From assembly GCA_016286245.1 (NCBI GenBank), contig JAEESG010000003.1, forward strand, positions 1 through 62,787: a stretch of 62,787 bases of DNA, written 5' to 3'. This stretch comes from Clostridiales bacterium (GTDB lineage Bacteria > Bacillota > Clostridia > Oscillospirales > CAG-382). The notes below the pieces were generated by a model. It searched no databases and had not been told where the DNA came from. It worked only from the letters and a program-made list of their open reading frames with translations. Below, one piece after another: positions 18,135 to 28,955 of the stretch. Positions within the stretch are counted from its first letter, which is position 1; every line of letters begins with the position of its first letter. The position numbers were made by a program, and so were the translations under genes.

Positions 18135-19919
18135 TTACCCTTCGTTTGCCGCGGGAAGATGTTTCTGATAATTTTTCATCTTCATTTTCGTGAAATTCTT
18201 TGCTCCGAAGAAGTCCGCGTCGATTTTGCTGAGCTCCTTGCTTGCGTAAACGTCCGCGTTATTGAACAGCGGAATTACCGGGGAATCCTCGATGAGTTTT
18301 TCTTCCGCCGTATGCATTGCCTCGGCTCTCTTTTCGTTATTTGCCGCGTAAACTATCGCGTCGCAGATTATATCGTATTCCTCGCTGTCATAACCGGTAA
18401 TATTGAGCTTCGTATATACGGGCTCATCTGCCTCCGCGTCTGCCCTGCCGCCCGCATACTTCTTTGAAAAGCCCACGAGCACGGAATATGCGTCGGGAGT
18501 CGTGCACTGGAAGTCAAGACCTATGATTTTTGCGTCTCCCTCGGCAAATTTTGTATTTTCGGACGTTATGCCGTAGAAATATTTGGAGTTTTTGCCCGAA
18601 AGCGTAACGGAAAATCCGAGTTCCTTCCATACCGATTTTGCGTATTCGGCTATCTTTTCCTCGTATTCCCTGTCCTTATTGTATTCTATCGTGAACGAGC
18701 CGCTCTTTACGTTTGCCTCGGCAAGCAGTTCCTTTGCCTTTTCGATATCGCCCTTCGGCGCGAACATATTGCCTGCGGCTTTGCGGAATTCCGTATTTTT
18801 CATGGTATCCTCAACGCCGAACGGAATTATGCCTTCCGCCGCTTTTGTGCCTCTTCCGGTAAGCGAGTTGATATGTTCTCTGTCAAGCGCAATCGAAAGC
18901 GCCTGTCTTACGCGGGCGTCGCCGAACAGTCTGCTCGTCGTGTCAAAGAAATATGTATACGTCGACGGAATAAGCGTGCTCTGCGTCTTGCCGGCTTTCT
19001 TTATCGTTTCCTCGTCTGCTTCGCTGAGGTTTATATAGAAAATTTCGCCGTTTAAAAACTTATCTATCTGTTCGTCGGCGGTTGCTCCGTCGGAATAAAC
19101 GGTTATGAGCTGATACGGCTTTACGGCCTTATCGACGGGATTATCCTTGAGCTCGCTTACGTTATTGTAATGCAGGCTTCTTTCAAGAACAATCTCTTTA
19201 TCGTTTACGTTCTTATACTTGAAGGGTCCGTTCGTAAGCGGAATCGCCTTTGCGGACGACGTCTGCCACGAATAATCGCTGTTGTCCTTATCGTCGAATT
19301 TCGACGCGTTTTCCTCTCTGAGCGGTACGAGCACCGGGCTTGCAAGGCGGCGGATGAAGTATTCAACGTTGGTAAAGTCTTTTTCAAACGTTATCTGCAG
19401 CACGTTATCCTTTATCGCGCACACGCCGAGGTCGTTTATCGAGCACTGTCCCTCTTTTACCTTTCTTGCGTTCTTTATCGGATAAAGCAGCGCCGCGGCG
19501 GTATTATCCGTCTCGCTGTTCAGCAGTCTCTGCCATGCGTACACGAAATCCTCCGCGTCAACCGCGATTCCGTCGCTCCAGTTTGTCGCCTTGAGCTTTA
19601 TTTCAAGCTTTAAGGTATTATCTCTTGCATCGGCAAAGTATTTATATTCATCGGCAACGCCTTTTTCAAGCTTGCCTTTGCTGTTTATCCTGAAAAGTCC
19701 CTCGTAAAGAAGTCCGAACAGCTTTGCGTTATCGGCGGAGCCGTAATTTACCGCCGTCGGGTCGAGATTCGACGGAAACGCCGAAATATACATCTTTACA
19801 ACGGCTCCCTTATCATCTGGGCTTTTTCCGCAGCCCGCAAAAAGAAGCGCGGAGCATATCATAAGTATTGCAAGCACAAGGGCCGACGCTTTTTTCATAA
19901 TTTTTATCATACCTTTCAT
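18135..19919 (-). CDS. oligopeptide ABC transporter substrate-binding lipoprotein (OppA family)
   Basis: Lipobox LFAGC; LYEGL, WSDG..V.AEDFVYAWQR, TNGPF, RVRQALSIALDR; exact start uncertain. Confidence 0.9.
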   Translation of the reverse strand: MKGMIKIMKKASALVLAILMICSALLFAGCGKSPDDKGAVVKMYISAFPSNLDPTAVNYGSADNAKLFGLLYEGLFRINSKGKLEKGVADEYKYFADARDNTLKLEIKLKATNWSDGIAVDAEDFVYAWQRLLNSETDNTAAALLYPIKNARKVKEGQCSINDLGVCAIKDNVLQITFEKDFTNVEYFIRRLASPVLVPLREENASKFDDKDNSDYSWQTSSAKAIPLTNGPFKYKNVNDKEIVLERSLHYNNVSELKDNPVDKAVKPYQLITVYSDGATADEQIDKFLNGEIFYINLSEADEETIKKAGKTQSTLIPSTYTYFFDTTSRLFGDARVRQALSIALDREHINSLTGRGTKAAEGIIPFGVEDTMKNTEFRKAAGNMFAPKGDIEKAKELLAEANVKSGSFTIEYNKDREYEEKIAEYAKSVWKELGFSVTLSGKNSKYFYGITSENTKFAEGDAKIIGLDFQCTTPDAYSVLVGFSKKYAGGRADAEADEPVYTKLNITGYDSEEYDIICDAIVYAANNEKRAEAMHTAEEKLIEDSPVIPLFNNADVYASKELSKIDADFFGAKNFTKMKMKNYQKHLPAANEG

Positions 19920-20143
19920 ATTACTGTTAAACCATTAAATGTCAAACTATATTATATCATCAAAATACCGTTTTAGCAATTATATTTTACCGTTTTTCAT
20001 CACTTTTTTCAATTTGCACAATTTTATGACTTATTTTTGTGTCTGTTGCACAAAATCATATTACGGCAGGCGCCTTTCGCATATATTTTTTGGCGGCGGA
20101 ATATTATTTAACGACCGAATTTCTTTAAAACGGAGGAACAAAA

Positions 20144-21085
20144 ATGACAGAAAAATACAAACCCGAAGGATATCTCGTCGACCTGCCCGAAAACAAAGAA
20201 CAGATTTCAAGCCTTTCGGGGCTTGAATATGCGATGAGCGCGGGCTCCATTCTTGAGGCGAGGGCCGTTTTATGCGACGCAAACCACAATCTTTCAGTCG
20301 AGCTCGGAAAATACAAGGGCGTAATCCCGCGCGAAGAGGCATCTTACAGCATAGACGGCAGCGAAACGCGCGATATTGCAATAATTACGAGAGTCGGAAA
20401 GCCGGTATGCTTCAAAATATTGTCGATAGACAAATCATCGGTTGAGCCGCGCATTATTCTTTCACGAAGAGCTGCGCAGTCCGAGTGCTTTGAAAATTAC
20501 GTCTCGCATCTCTCCCCCGGCGACGTCATCGACGCGCGCGTTACGCACATTGAGTCTTTCGGCTGTTTCTGCGACATAGGCTGCGGAATAATCTCGCTTC
20601 TCCCAGTCGACTGCATTTCCGTTTCGAGAATAAGCAATCCGAAAGAGCGCTTTTGCGGCGGAGATTTCATAAAATGCGCCGTAAAAACAAACGACCGCAC
20701 GACCGGGCGCGTATCGCTGACGCACAAGGAGCTTCTCGGCACGTGGGAGGAAAACGCGTCTCTTTTCAGTCCCGGAGAAACCGCCGCAGGTATAATAAGG
20801 AGCATTGAGCCGTACGGAATTTTCGTGGAGCTGGCGCCAAACCTCGCGGGGCTTGCCGAATGGTGCGAGGGCGCCGAAGCGGGACACGTCGCCGCCGTCT
20901 ACATAAAAAGCATAGTACCGTCGAAAATGAAAATAAAGCTCGTAATAATAGACAGCAACATGCCCTCTTTTTCCGCCGTAAAGAAGCCGCAATACATGAT
21001 AGAATCGGGGCACATAGACAAATGGGTTTATTCCCCCGAAAACTGCGAAAAATACATTTTTACCGATTTTTCGGACGGCATATAA
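20144..21085 (+). CDS. S1 RNA-binding domain protein (three S1-like repeats)
   Basis: Repeated S1 patterns (ARVTHIESFGCFCDIG, GIIRSIEPYGIFVEL); RBS GGAGG. Confidence 0.85.
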   Translation: MTEKYKPEGYLVDLPENKEQISSLSGLEYAMSAGSILEARAVLCDANHNLSVELGKYKGVIPREEASYSIDGSETRDIAIITRVGKPVCFKILSIDKSSVEPRIILSRRAAQSECFENYVSHLSPGDVIDARVTHIESFGCFCDIGCGIISLLPVDCISVSRISNPKERFCGGDFIKCAVKTNDRTTGRVSLTHKELLGTWEENASLFSPGETAAGIIRSIEPYGIFVELAPNLAGLAEWCEGAEAGHVAAVYIKSIVPSKMKIKLVIIDSNMPSFSAVKKPQYMIESGHIDKWVYSPENCEKYIFTDFSDGI

Positions 21086-21116
21086 AAAAACAATCGGATT
21101 TCTCCGATTGTTTTTT
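21084..21116. terminator. bidirectional terminator
   Basis: A7-CAATCGGA/TCCGATTG-T6. Confidence 0.8.
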
Positions 21117-21465
21117 AAAATCCGGCGTTTACCGTAAGTTTTATTATCAGATCGACGTCGTCGTACTGCTCTTTTTCAAGTTTTGATTTCGCATCGTACA
21201 GCGCCGCCTTGTTATTCCCGACAAAACCGCATTTTTCGCATTTCTGCGTTATCACGTACCCTCTTTTCGCGTCGGGAAACGCAAAAACGGGTCTCATTAT
21301 TCCTCCGCAAGCGCACGCCCTGTCTCCAGGAAGCACGTCGACGTGTTTTGAACAAAGGCATCTCGGGCAGTGGTTTCTGCTTGTCTTTCCCAGAGGTTTT
21401 ACTTCAAAACCGCAGTTTTCGCATACAAAGCCGCTGTCGTTTTTGGTAAAGCGTTTCTGTTCCAT
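21115..21465 (-). CDS. RNHCP domain protein
   Basis: F.CENCG, RNHCPRCLCSKHVD..PGDRAC.CGG.M.P, C..CG. Confidence 0.92.
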   Translation of the reverse strand: MEQKRFTKNDSGFVCENCGFEVKPLGKTSRNHCPRCLCSKHVDVLPGDRACACGGIMRPVFAFPDAKRGYVITQKCEKCGFVGNNKAALYDAKSKLEKEQYDDVDLIIKLTVNAGF

Positions 21466-21474
21466 TTTTATTCC

Positions 21475-22488
21475 TTATTTCTGCGCTTTTCTGGCGTTTT
21501 TTCTTGCTTTTTTGAGCCTTATGTCATCGCCGTAAAACTTGAATGTCCTGAAGTTGCCTATAAGTCTCGAATTTATTCTGTCGTCGTACTGTTTTTGGAA
21601 TTCCTTTGCGTCGTCGAGGTTCGTGTTGATAATCATCGGCTTTCCCGACATAATTCTCGTGTTGAGAATATTATACAGCACATTCTGCGAAAATCTGCTT
21701 TTAAGTTCTGTCCCGAGGTCGTCGATTATGAGAAGCGAGCTTTGCGTATACCTTTCGGCGTCCTGCGACGCGGACTCGTCCTTTGGAAAGGTGCTGAGTT
21801 CGAAAATGTGCATAATATTCTGCATGGTGTCGTAAACGACGTCGTAGCCCTTATCTATCACGCCTTTTGCTATCGCCGTCGACAAATGCGTTTTTCCGAG
21901 CCCCGTGCTTCCGACGAACAGCAGATTCTGAGAATTTCCCGGCTTTCCGAACTTCTTTACGTAGTCCTTCGCCTCCGAAAGAACGTATGTCATATTGTCT
22001 CTCGGGCTTATTCCGCCGTCTTTCTTTTCGTCAGAATAAAAAGAAAGATCAAAGTTATCAAATCCCTGCTCCGCAAGCGCTTCTCCCAGTCCCGAAGATT
22101 CGTACGCGCATTTTGCGAGCGCCTTTTTCATGCAGGTGCACATATTTATGCCTATATATCCCGTATCGCCGCATTTTTCGCACGAATAGTTTACGTCGAG
22201 GTAGTTTTCGGGCTTGCCCATGAGTTTAAGTATTCTCTTTTTATCGTCGAGAAGCTCGCGGCTCTCCTTCCGGAGCGCCTTTATTCTCTTTTCGAGTCCG
22301 TCCTTGCCTTCGAGCGAGCTTGAAAAAATTTTCATGCCCGTCATCGACAGCGCCTTGTCGATTTCTTTCAGCTGCGGGCAGATTCTGTCCATTTCCTCTT
22401 TTCTTTCCTGTGCCGTATTAACCGCGTTTTGTCTTTTTTTCGCAAACTCGTCGAGAACTTTTTCGACTATTTGTCTTGAATATTCCAT
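21475..22488 (-). CDS. DnaC/IstB-like ATPase (clostridial helicase-loader type)
   Basis: CxxC..CxC zinc motif, Walker A GSTGLGKT, Walker B LLIIDDLGTE, INTNL, RINSRL. Confidence 0.88.
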   Translation of the reverse strand: MEYSRQIVEKVLDEFAKKRQNAVNTAQERKEEMDRICPQLKEIDKALSMTGMKIFSSSLEGKDGLEKRIKALRKESRELLDDKKRILKLMGKPENYLDVNYSCEKCGDTGYIGINMCTCMKKALAKCAYESSGLGEALAEQGFDNFDLSFYSDEKKDGGISPRDNMTYVLSEAKDYVKKFGKPGNSQNLLFVGSTGLGKTHLSTAIAKGVIDKGYDVVYDTMQNIMHIFELSTFPKDESASQDAERYTQSSLLIIDDLGTELKSRFSQNVLYNILNTRIMSGKPMIINTNLDDAKEFQKQYDDRINSRLIGNFRTFKFYGDDIRLKKARKNARKAQK

Positions 22489-22609
22489 ATTTATTCCTCA
22501 CTGCCGTTTTATTTGAAACGTCCTTAAATTTATAGTATCACAATTTTTTTTCAAAGTCAACATAGCAAAAAAGATACCCTTTTATATTTCAAAAGGGTAT
22601 CTTTGATTT

Positions 22610-23392
22610 TTATCCGAGCGCAACGTCGAGCGCCATCATGAGCGTAAATCCCAGCGCGAACATCACAACGCCTATATTCGAGTGCTCGCCCTCCGACATT
22701 TCGGGAATGAGCTCCTCCACCACGACGTATATCATCGCTCCCGCGGCAAAGGAAAGAAGATACGGCATTGCGGGGACAAAAAGTCCCGCGAAAAGCACCG
22801 TAAGCAGTGCGCCTACCGGCTCAACGGCGCCCGAAAGCATTCCGTCGAGAAACGCCCCCGTTTTCGTTTTTCCTTGCGCGTGCAGCGGCATTGAAATAAT
22901 CGCTCCCTCGGGAAAATTCTGTATCGCAATTCCCAGCGCGAGCGCAAGCGCGCCTCCCGCCGTGATATTTGCGGAGCCCGAAAGCAGTCCCGCGTAAACC
23001 ACGCCGACCGCCATTCCCTCTGGTATGTTGTGAAGCGTTACGGCAAGCACCATCATCGTCGTCTTCTTTGCGCGGCTCTTCGGGCCCTCCGCTTTTTGTG
23101 CGTTCATGTGCAGGTGCGGAATCACGCGGTCCAGAAGCAGCAGAAACAGTATGCCGAGCCAGAAGCCCGCCGCGGCGGGCGCAAACGCCCACCTGCCTTT
23201 ATCTTCGCTCTGATTCATTGCGGGTATAAGTAAGCTCCATATCGACGCCGCGACCATTACTCCGCCCGCAAAGCCCGTAAGCGCGCGCTGAACGTTCCTT
23301 CCCAGCTCCCTTTTCATAAAGAACACGCAGGCCGCGCCGAGCGCCGTGCCTAAAAACGGAATCGTTATTCCTTCAAATACGTTAAGCCACAT
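22610..23392 (-). CDS. ZIP family divalent metal transporter
   Basis: VTLHNIPEGMAVGV, IAIQNFPEG, AAGAMIYVVVEELIPE. Confidence 0.95.
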   Translation of the reverse strand: MWLNVFEGITIPFLGTALGAACVFFMKRELGRNVQRALTGFAGGVMVAASIWSLLIPAMNQSEDKGRWAFAPAAAGFWLGILFLLLLDRVIPHLHMNAQKAEGPKSRAKKTTMMVLAVTLHNIPEGMAVGVVYAGLLSGSANITAGGALALALGIAIQNFPEGAIISMPLHAQGKTKTGAFLDGMLSGAVEPVGALLTVLFAGLFVPAMPYLLSFAAGAMIYVVVEELIPEMSEGEHSNIGVVMFALGFTLMMALDVALG

Positions 23393-23447
23393 ATTTTACC
23401 TCTTTTATTTTAAAAATAATTCCGCTCCGCAGTCAACCGTTTTTTCG

Positions 23448-23493
23448 GTTAGCCTTTGCTAACTATAATAGCATATTTTTTCGGTTTTGTCAA
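23448..23493 (-). promoter_or_regulatory. sigma-A promoter with DtxR/MntR-like palindromic operator
   Basis: TTGACA-17-TATTAT followed directly by GTTAGCAAAGGCTAAC (TTAG-N6-CTAA). Confidence 0.6.
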
Positions 23494-23507
23494 TGCTCCG
23501 GAAAATC

Positions 23508-23541
23508 AAAAAGTGCGCCGCGGCTTTTGCCGCGGCGCTTT
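23508..23541 (-). terminator. terminator of the pur-fhs operon
   Basis: GCGCCGCGGC/GCCGCGGCGC stem with U tract. Confidence 0.8.
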
Positions 23542-23561
23542 GAAGTTTCAATTATCCTTCA

Positions 23562-25238
23562 TTAAAACAGTCCCACAATTTTTCCGTCTTCGGTAACGTC
23601 TATCTTTTCAGCGGCGGGAACCTTGGGAAGTCCCGGCATTGTCATTATGTCGCCCATCAGAACGACGATAAAGCCTGCGCCCGCCGAAACCTTTACGTTC
23701 TTTACGGTTACCTTGAAGTCCTTGGGCGCGCCGAGCTTGGACGCGTCATCGGAAAAGCTGTACTGCGTTTTGGCAACGCATATCGGGCATTTCCCGAAGC
23801 CGAGTTCTTCGAGGCGGTCTATCTGCTTTTCGGCTGCGGGCATATAAATTATTCCCGAGCCGTGATATATTTTCGTTACTACCTTTTCGATTTTTTCCTT
23901 AATTGTCAGGTCGTCCTCATAGCTGAACGTAAAGTCGCCCTTTTCCTCCTCGCAGAGTCTTACGACTTCTCTTGCAAGCGCCTCTCCGCCTTTGCCGCCT
24001 TCCGCCCATACCGTCGAGAGAACGGTGTTCACGCCGAGTTCCTTACACTTTGCGATAATGAAGTCTATTTCGGCGTCGGTATCCGTCGGGAAGCGGTTTA
24101 CGGCTACCACGCAGGGAAGCTTGTAAACGTTCTTTATGTTCGAGACGTGCTGCAAAAGATTCGGAAGTCCCTTTTCGAGCGCGTCGAGATTTTCCGCCGC
24201 GAGCTCCTTTTTATCGAGTCCGCCGTGCATTTTCAGCGCTCTTACCGTTGCGACTATTACAACGGCGTTCGGCACAAGTCCCGTCATACGGCATTTTATG
24301 TCGAGGAATTTTTCAGCTCCGAGATCTGCGCCGAATCCCGCTTCCGTAACGGTATATTCGCTCATTTTGAGCGCCGTTCTCGTTGCGATTACGGAATTGC
24401 ATCCGTGCGCGATATTTGCAAACGGACCGCCGTGAACGAATGCGGGCGTTCCCTCAAGCGTCTGAACGAGGTTGGGCTTGAGCGCGTCTTTAAGAAGCGC
24501 CGTCATTGCGCCCTGCGCCTTTAAGTCCCCCGCCGTTACGGGTTTATCGTCGTAGGTATAGCCAACGATTATTTTTGACAGGCGCGTTTTCAAATCGGAA
24601 AGCGAGTCGGCAAGGCAGAGCACCGCCATGATTTCGCTTGCGACGGTTATATCAAAGCCGTCCTCTCTCGGCGTGCCGTTCGCCTTTCCGCCCAGTCCGT
24701 CCACTATGTTTCTGAGCTGGCGGTCGTTCATATCGACGCATCTCTTCCAGGTTATCTTTCTTACGTCGATGCCGAGCGAATTGCCCTGCTGAATATGGTT
24801 ATCAAGCATTGCGGCAAGCAGGTTGTTCGCCGCGCCTATTGCATGAAAATCTCCCGTAAAGTGAAGATTTATGTCCTCCATCGGTATTACCTGCGCGTAT
24901 CCGCCTCCGGCGGCTCCGCCTTTAATGCCGAACACCGGGCCGAGCGACGGCTCTCTGAGCGCAACGACCGATTTTTTGCCGATTTTGCGAAGTCCGTCCG
25001 CAAGTCCTATCGTCGTGGTCGTCTTTCCCTCTCCCGCGGGTGTGGGGGTTATTGCCGTTACTAGCACGAGCTTTCCGTTTTCTCCTTTGTTTTCGTCAAG
25101 AAAAGCGAGGTCGATTTTCGCCTTATTGTTTCCGTACTGCTCGACGTACTTACGGTCGATGCCTATACTGTCCGCTATTTCCGTTATGTGCTGCGGTTTA
25201 CATGCCTGTGCGATTTCAATGTCCGATAAGTAACTCAT
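23562..25238 (-). CDS. fhs: formate--tetrahydrofolate ligase
   Basis: [46 protein letters not shown]. Confidence 0.98.
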   Translation of the reverse strand: MSYLSDIEIAQACKPQHITEIADSIGIDRKYVEQYGNNKAKIDLAFLDENKGENGKLVLVTAITPTPAGEGKTTTTIGLADGLRKIGKKSVVALREPSLGPVFGIKGGAAGGGYAQVIPMEDINLHFTGDFHAIGAANNLLAAMLDNHIQQGNSLGIDVRKITWKRCVDMNDRQLRNIVDGLGGKANGTPREDGFDITVASEIMAVLCLADSLSDLKTRLSKIIVGYTYDDKPVTAGDLKAQGAMTALLKDALKPNLVQTLEGTPAFVHGGPFANIAHGCNSVIATRTALKMSEYTVTEAGFGADLGAEKFLDIKCRMTGLVPNAVVIVATVRALKMHGGLDKKELAAENLDALEKGLPNLLQHVSNIKNVYKLPCVVAVNRFPTDTDAEIDFIIAKCKELGVNTVLSTVWAEGGKGGEALAREVVRLCEEEKGDFTFSYEDDLTIKEKIEKVVTKIYHGSGIIYMPAAEKQIDRLEELGFGKCPICVAKTQYSFSDDASKLGAPKDFKVTVKNVKVSAGAGFIVVLMGDIMTMPGLPKVPAAEKIDVTEDGKIVGLF

Positions 25239-25250
25239 TTTTTCTTCTCC

Positions 25251-28200
25251 TTATTTCTTAAAATATTCTACCGCCGACTCAAACATGAAGCTGTTATAAT
25301 CGCCGGGAACGTTTTTGTAAAGACCTTTTCCCGTTCTCTCGCTGTGTCCCATCTTTCCGAACACTCTTCCGTCGGGAGACGTGATTCCTTCTATTGCAAA
25401 CGCAGAGCCGTTCGGATTATACCTTATATCCATCGACGCGTTTCCGGAAAGGTCGACGTACTGCGTCGCTATCTGTCCGTTCTGCGCAAGTTCGCGTATA
25501 AGCTTTTCGTCTGCCGTAAATCTTCCTTCACCGTGAGAAATCGGAACGTATATTACGTCGCCTACCTTTCTCTTTGAAAGCCACGGGGATTTATCCGACG
25601 CGATTCTCGTGCGCACTATTTTCGACTGGTGCCTTGCTATCGTATTGAACGTCAGCGTCGGGCAGTTTTCATCGGTGTCGATTATTTTTCCGTACGGAAC
25701 GAGTCCCAGTTTGATTAACGCCTGGAAGCCGTTGCATATTCCGCACATGAGGCCGCCGCGGTTGTCGAGAAAATCGTGCACTCCGTCTTTGATTTCGGGA
25801 TTTCTGAAAAACGCCGTTATGAATTTTCCGCTTCCGTCCGGCTCGTCGCCTCCCGAAAAACCGCCAGGGATAAAGACTATCTGCGCCTCAACGAGAGATT
25901 TTGCGAATTTTTCGACGCTTTCTTCAACCCCCTTTGCAGAAAGGTTGTTTATGACGATTATTTCGGGCTGCGCTCCCGCGCTTGACAGCGCCTTTGCGCT
26001 GTCGTACTCGCAGTTTGTTCCGGGAAACACGGGAATAAGCGCCTTGGGCTTGAGATTACATCTTATCGCGGGCGTAATGCGCGTTTTTTCAAAGTAAGAG
26101 ACGTTCTGCGCCCCGCCTTTTGCCTGAGCTTTGCTCGGATACACGCTTTCAAGCTTGTTTTCATATAAGTCGAGCAGTTTCTGAAGGTCTATTTCCTCTG
26201 AGCCGTATTTTACGCACGTTTTTTCGGTGATTTTTCCGATTACCTTTCCGAAATCGGTTTCTTCCGTGATTTCGAGCAGGAACGCGCCGTAGGAATATCC
26301 GAAAATCTCGCTTATTTTTACGTTTTCGTCGAATTCAAATCCAAAGCCGTTGCCGAAGCACATCTTCATGACCGCCTCCGCGATTCCGCCCATGCCGGGG
26401 GTATAGCAGGAAACGGCTTTGCCGCTTCTCAGAAGTCCGTTTACCTTTGCAAACGTCTTTATGAGCGAATCCGCTTTCGGAAGTCCGTCCGAACCGTATT
26501 CGGGTGCGATTAAAATCACCTTGTCGCCCGCTTTTTTGAATTCATTTGAAACTATATTTTCCGTTTTTTCGGCCTTTACCGCAAACGACACGAGCGTCGG
26601 CGGAACGTCGAGGTCCTCGAACGAGCCGCTCATGGAGTCTTTGCCGCCTATTGCGGCGACTCCGAGCTCGATCTGCGCCCTGTACGCACCGAGAAGAGAA
26701 GCAAGCGGTTTGCCCCAGCGTTTTTCGTCCTTGCCGAGCTTTTCAAAATACTCCTGGAACGTGAGGTATACGTCCTCGAACTCTGCACCCGTCGCGACAA
26801 GCTTGCTTACCGATTCGACCACGGCAAGATACGCGCCGTGATACGGGCTTTTCTCCGAAACGAACGGGTTATATCCGAACGACATGAGAGTGCAGGTATC
26901 GGTATGTTTCTTTTCGCACGACACCTTCTGCACCATCGCCTGAACGGGCGTGAGCTGATACTTTCCGCCAAAGGGCATAAGCACTGTTCCCGCGCCTATC
27001 GTGGAGTCAAAGCGTTCCGAAAGTCCGCGCTTCGAGCAGGTATTAAGGTCGGTCGCTGTCTTTATCATATTTTCGCAAAAAGTACCGTCAACCGTCTTCG
27101 AAAAGTCATGGGGCTTTTCGGAAACTACCGAAATATGCTTTTTTGCGCCGTTGGAATTTAAGAATTCGCGGCTTATATCGACGATTTTCTTTCCGTTCCA
27201 GCTCATTGTGAGCCGCTTTTCCTCTTTTACCGTTGCAACGGATGTTGCCTGCAGGTTTTCGGTTTCGGCAAGCTCCAGAAATCTCTCTACGTCCTTTGCT
27301 TCCACAACGACCGCCATTCTCTCCTGGCTTTCGCTTATGGCAAGCTCCGTTCCGTCAAGTCCCTCGTACTTTTTCGGGACGGCGTCGAGGTTTATTTCAA
27401 GTCCGTCGGCAAGTTCTCCTATCGCAACCGACACGCCGCCCGCGCCGAAATCGTTGCACCTCTTTATCATGAGGCACGCTTCCTTGTTTCTGAAGAGTCT
27501 TTGCAGTTTTCTCTCCTCGGGTGCGTTTCCTTTCTGCACCTCCGCACCGCAGGTGTCGATAGATTCGACGGTATGCGATTTTGATGAGCCCGTCGCTCCT
27601 CCGCAGCCGTCTCTGCCCGTTTTTCCGCCAAGCAGTATTACGACGTCCCCGGGAGCGGGCGTTTCGCGTCTTACGTTTTCCGCGGGGGCTGCCGCGATTA
27701 CCGCGCCTATTTCCATGCGCTTTGCCTCGTATCCGGGATGGTATATTTCATCGACGATTCCCGTCGCAAGTCCTATCTGGTTTCCGTATGATGAATATCC
27801 CGCCGCGGCGGTCGTTACTATCTTTCTTTGCGGAAGCTTTCCTTTTCTCGTCTTTTCGACGCCTGCAAGCGGGCTTGACGCGCCCGTAACCCTCATTGCG
27901 CCGTAAACGTATGATCTTCCCGAAAGCGGGTCTCTTATCGCGCCGCCGATACACGTTGCGGCGCCGCCGAAAGGCTCGATTTCCGTCGGGTGATTATGCG
28001 TTTCGTTTTTGAAAAGAAGCAGAAAATCCTCGTCTTTGCCGTCAATGCTTACCTTTATTTTCACGGTGCAGGCGTTTATTTCGTCGCTCTCGTCGAGATT
28101 TTTCAGTTTTCCCTCTTTTTTGAGCGCCTTTGCCGCGATTGTCGCGACGTCCATAAGGCAGACGGGCTTTTTTATGCCGAGTTTTTCGCGTGTTTTCACG

Positions 28201-28943
28201 TAATCCCCGTAGGTTTTCTGTAAAAGCTCATCCTCAAATTTTACGCCGTCTATTACCGTAAGAAAGGTCGTATGTCTGCAATGGTCCGACCAATAGGTAT
28301 CTATCATGCGTATTTCGGTTATCGTCGGGTCCCTTTTTTCCGACTCGAAATACTCTTTGCAAAAGCTTATATCGTCTATATCCATTGCGAGTTTATATTC
28401 TTTTATGAAATTTTCAAGTCCCGCTTTGTCGAGCTTCGTAAATCCGTGAAGCGTCTTTACCTGCGTCGGTATTTCATACTTCGTCTCAAGCGTTTCAGGC
28501 ATATCGAACGACGCTTCTCTCGACTCGACGGGGTTTATTACGTATTTTTTGACCTTTTCGACGTCCTCTTTCGAAATACCGCCGTAAAGGGCGTAAATTT
28601 TAGCCGTTTTTATTATCGGTCTTTGGCCTTTTGATATTATCTGTATGCACTGGGACGCGCTGTCGGCTCTCTGGTCGAACTGTCCCGGCAGGAATTCCGC
28701 CGCAAAGCAGAATGCGTCCCCCGTTTCAAGCGTGTCCGACACGATATCGAGCTGCGGCTCGGAAAAAACGGTCTTTTTTGCGTATTCGAACAGCTCTTCC
28801 GATATGTTTTCGGCGTCGTATCTGTTGATTATGCGAAGATCTGTAAGATTCTTTATTCCGAGAAACGAAACAAGCTCGGAATACAGCGATTTTGCTTCGA
28901 TTGCGTGTTCTTTTTTCTTTTCGACGAAAACTCTGTAAATCAA
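25251..28943 (-). CDS. purL: phosphoribosylformylglycinamidine synthase (single-chain large form)
   Basis: DTYWSDHCRH, KNETHNHPT, DFGAGG, glutaminase GICNGFQ and GHSER. Confidence 0.96.
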   Translation of the reverse strand: MIYRVFVEKKKEHAIEAKSLYSELVSFLGIKNLTDLRIINRYDAENISEELFEYAKKTVFSEPQLDIVSDTLETGDAFCFAAEFLPGQFDQRADSASQCIQIISKGQRPIIKTAKIYALYGGISKEDVEKVKKYVINPVESREASFDMPETLETKYEIPTQVKTLHGFTKLDKAGLENFIKEYKLAMDIDDISFCKEYFESEKRDPTITEIRMIDTYWSDHCRHTTFLTVIDGVKFEDELLQKTYGDYVKTREKLGIKKPVCLMDVATIAAKALKKEGKLKNLDESDEINACTVKIKVSIDGKDEDFLLLFKNETHNHPTEIEPFGGAATCIGGAIRDPLSGRSYVYGAMRVTGASSPLAGVEKTRKGKLPQRKIVTTAAAGYSSYGNQIGLATGIVDEIYHPGYEAKRMEIGAVIAAAPAENVRRETPAPGDVVILLGGKTGRDGCGGATGSSKSHTVESIDTCGAEVQKGNAPEERKLQRLFRNKEACLMIKRCNDFGAGGVSVAIGELADGLEINLDAVPKKYEGLDGTELAISESQERMAVVVEAKDVERFLELAETENLQATSVATVKEEKRLTMSWNGKKIVDISREFLNSNGAKKHISVVSEKPHDFSKTVDGTFCENMIKTATDLNTCSKRGLSERFDSTIGAGTVLMPFGGKYQLTPVQAMVQKVSCEKKHTDTCTLMSFGYNPFVSEKSPYHGAYLAVVESVSKLVATGAEFEDVYLTFQEYFEKLGKDEKRWGKPLASLLGAYRAQIELGVAAIGGKDSMSGSFEDLDVPPTLVSFAVKAEKTENIVSNEFKKAGDKVILIAPEYGSDGLPKADSLIKTFAKVNGLLRSGKAVSCYTPGMGGIAEAVMKMCFGNGFGFEFDENVKISEIFGYSYGAFLLEITEETDFGKVIGKITEKTCVKYGSEEIDLQKLLDLYENKLESVYPSKAQAKGGAQNVSYFEKTRITPAIRCNLKPKALIPVFPGTNCEYDSAKALSSAGAQPEIIVINNLSAKGVEESVEKFAKSLVEAQIVFIPGGFSGGDEPDGSGKFITAFFRNPEIKDGVHDFLDNRGGLMCGICNGFQALIKLGLVPYGKIIDTDENCPTLTFNTIARHQSKIVRTRIASDKSPWLSKRKVGDVIYVPISHGEGRFTADEKLIRELAQNGQIATQYVDLSGNASMDIRYNPNGSAFAIEGITSPDGRVFGKMGHSERTGKGLYKNVPGDYNSFMFESAVEYFKK

Positions 28944-28955
28944 AGTTTATCCCCC

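Noticed and set aside
21475-22488. IS21 IstB helper
   Set aside because: No IstA transposase or terminal repeats; the coiled-coil plus zinc motif fits the chromosomal DnaC-like family
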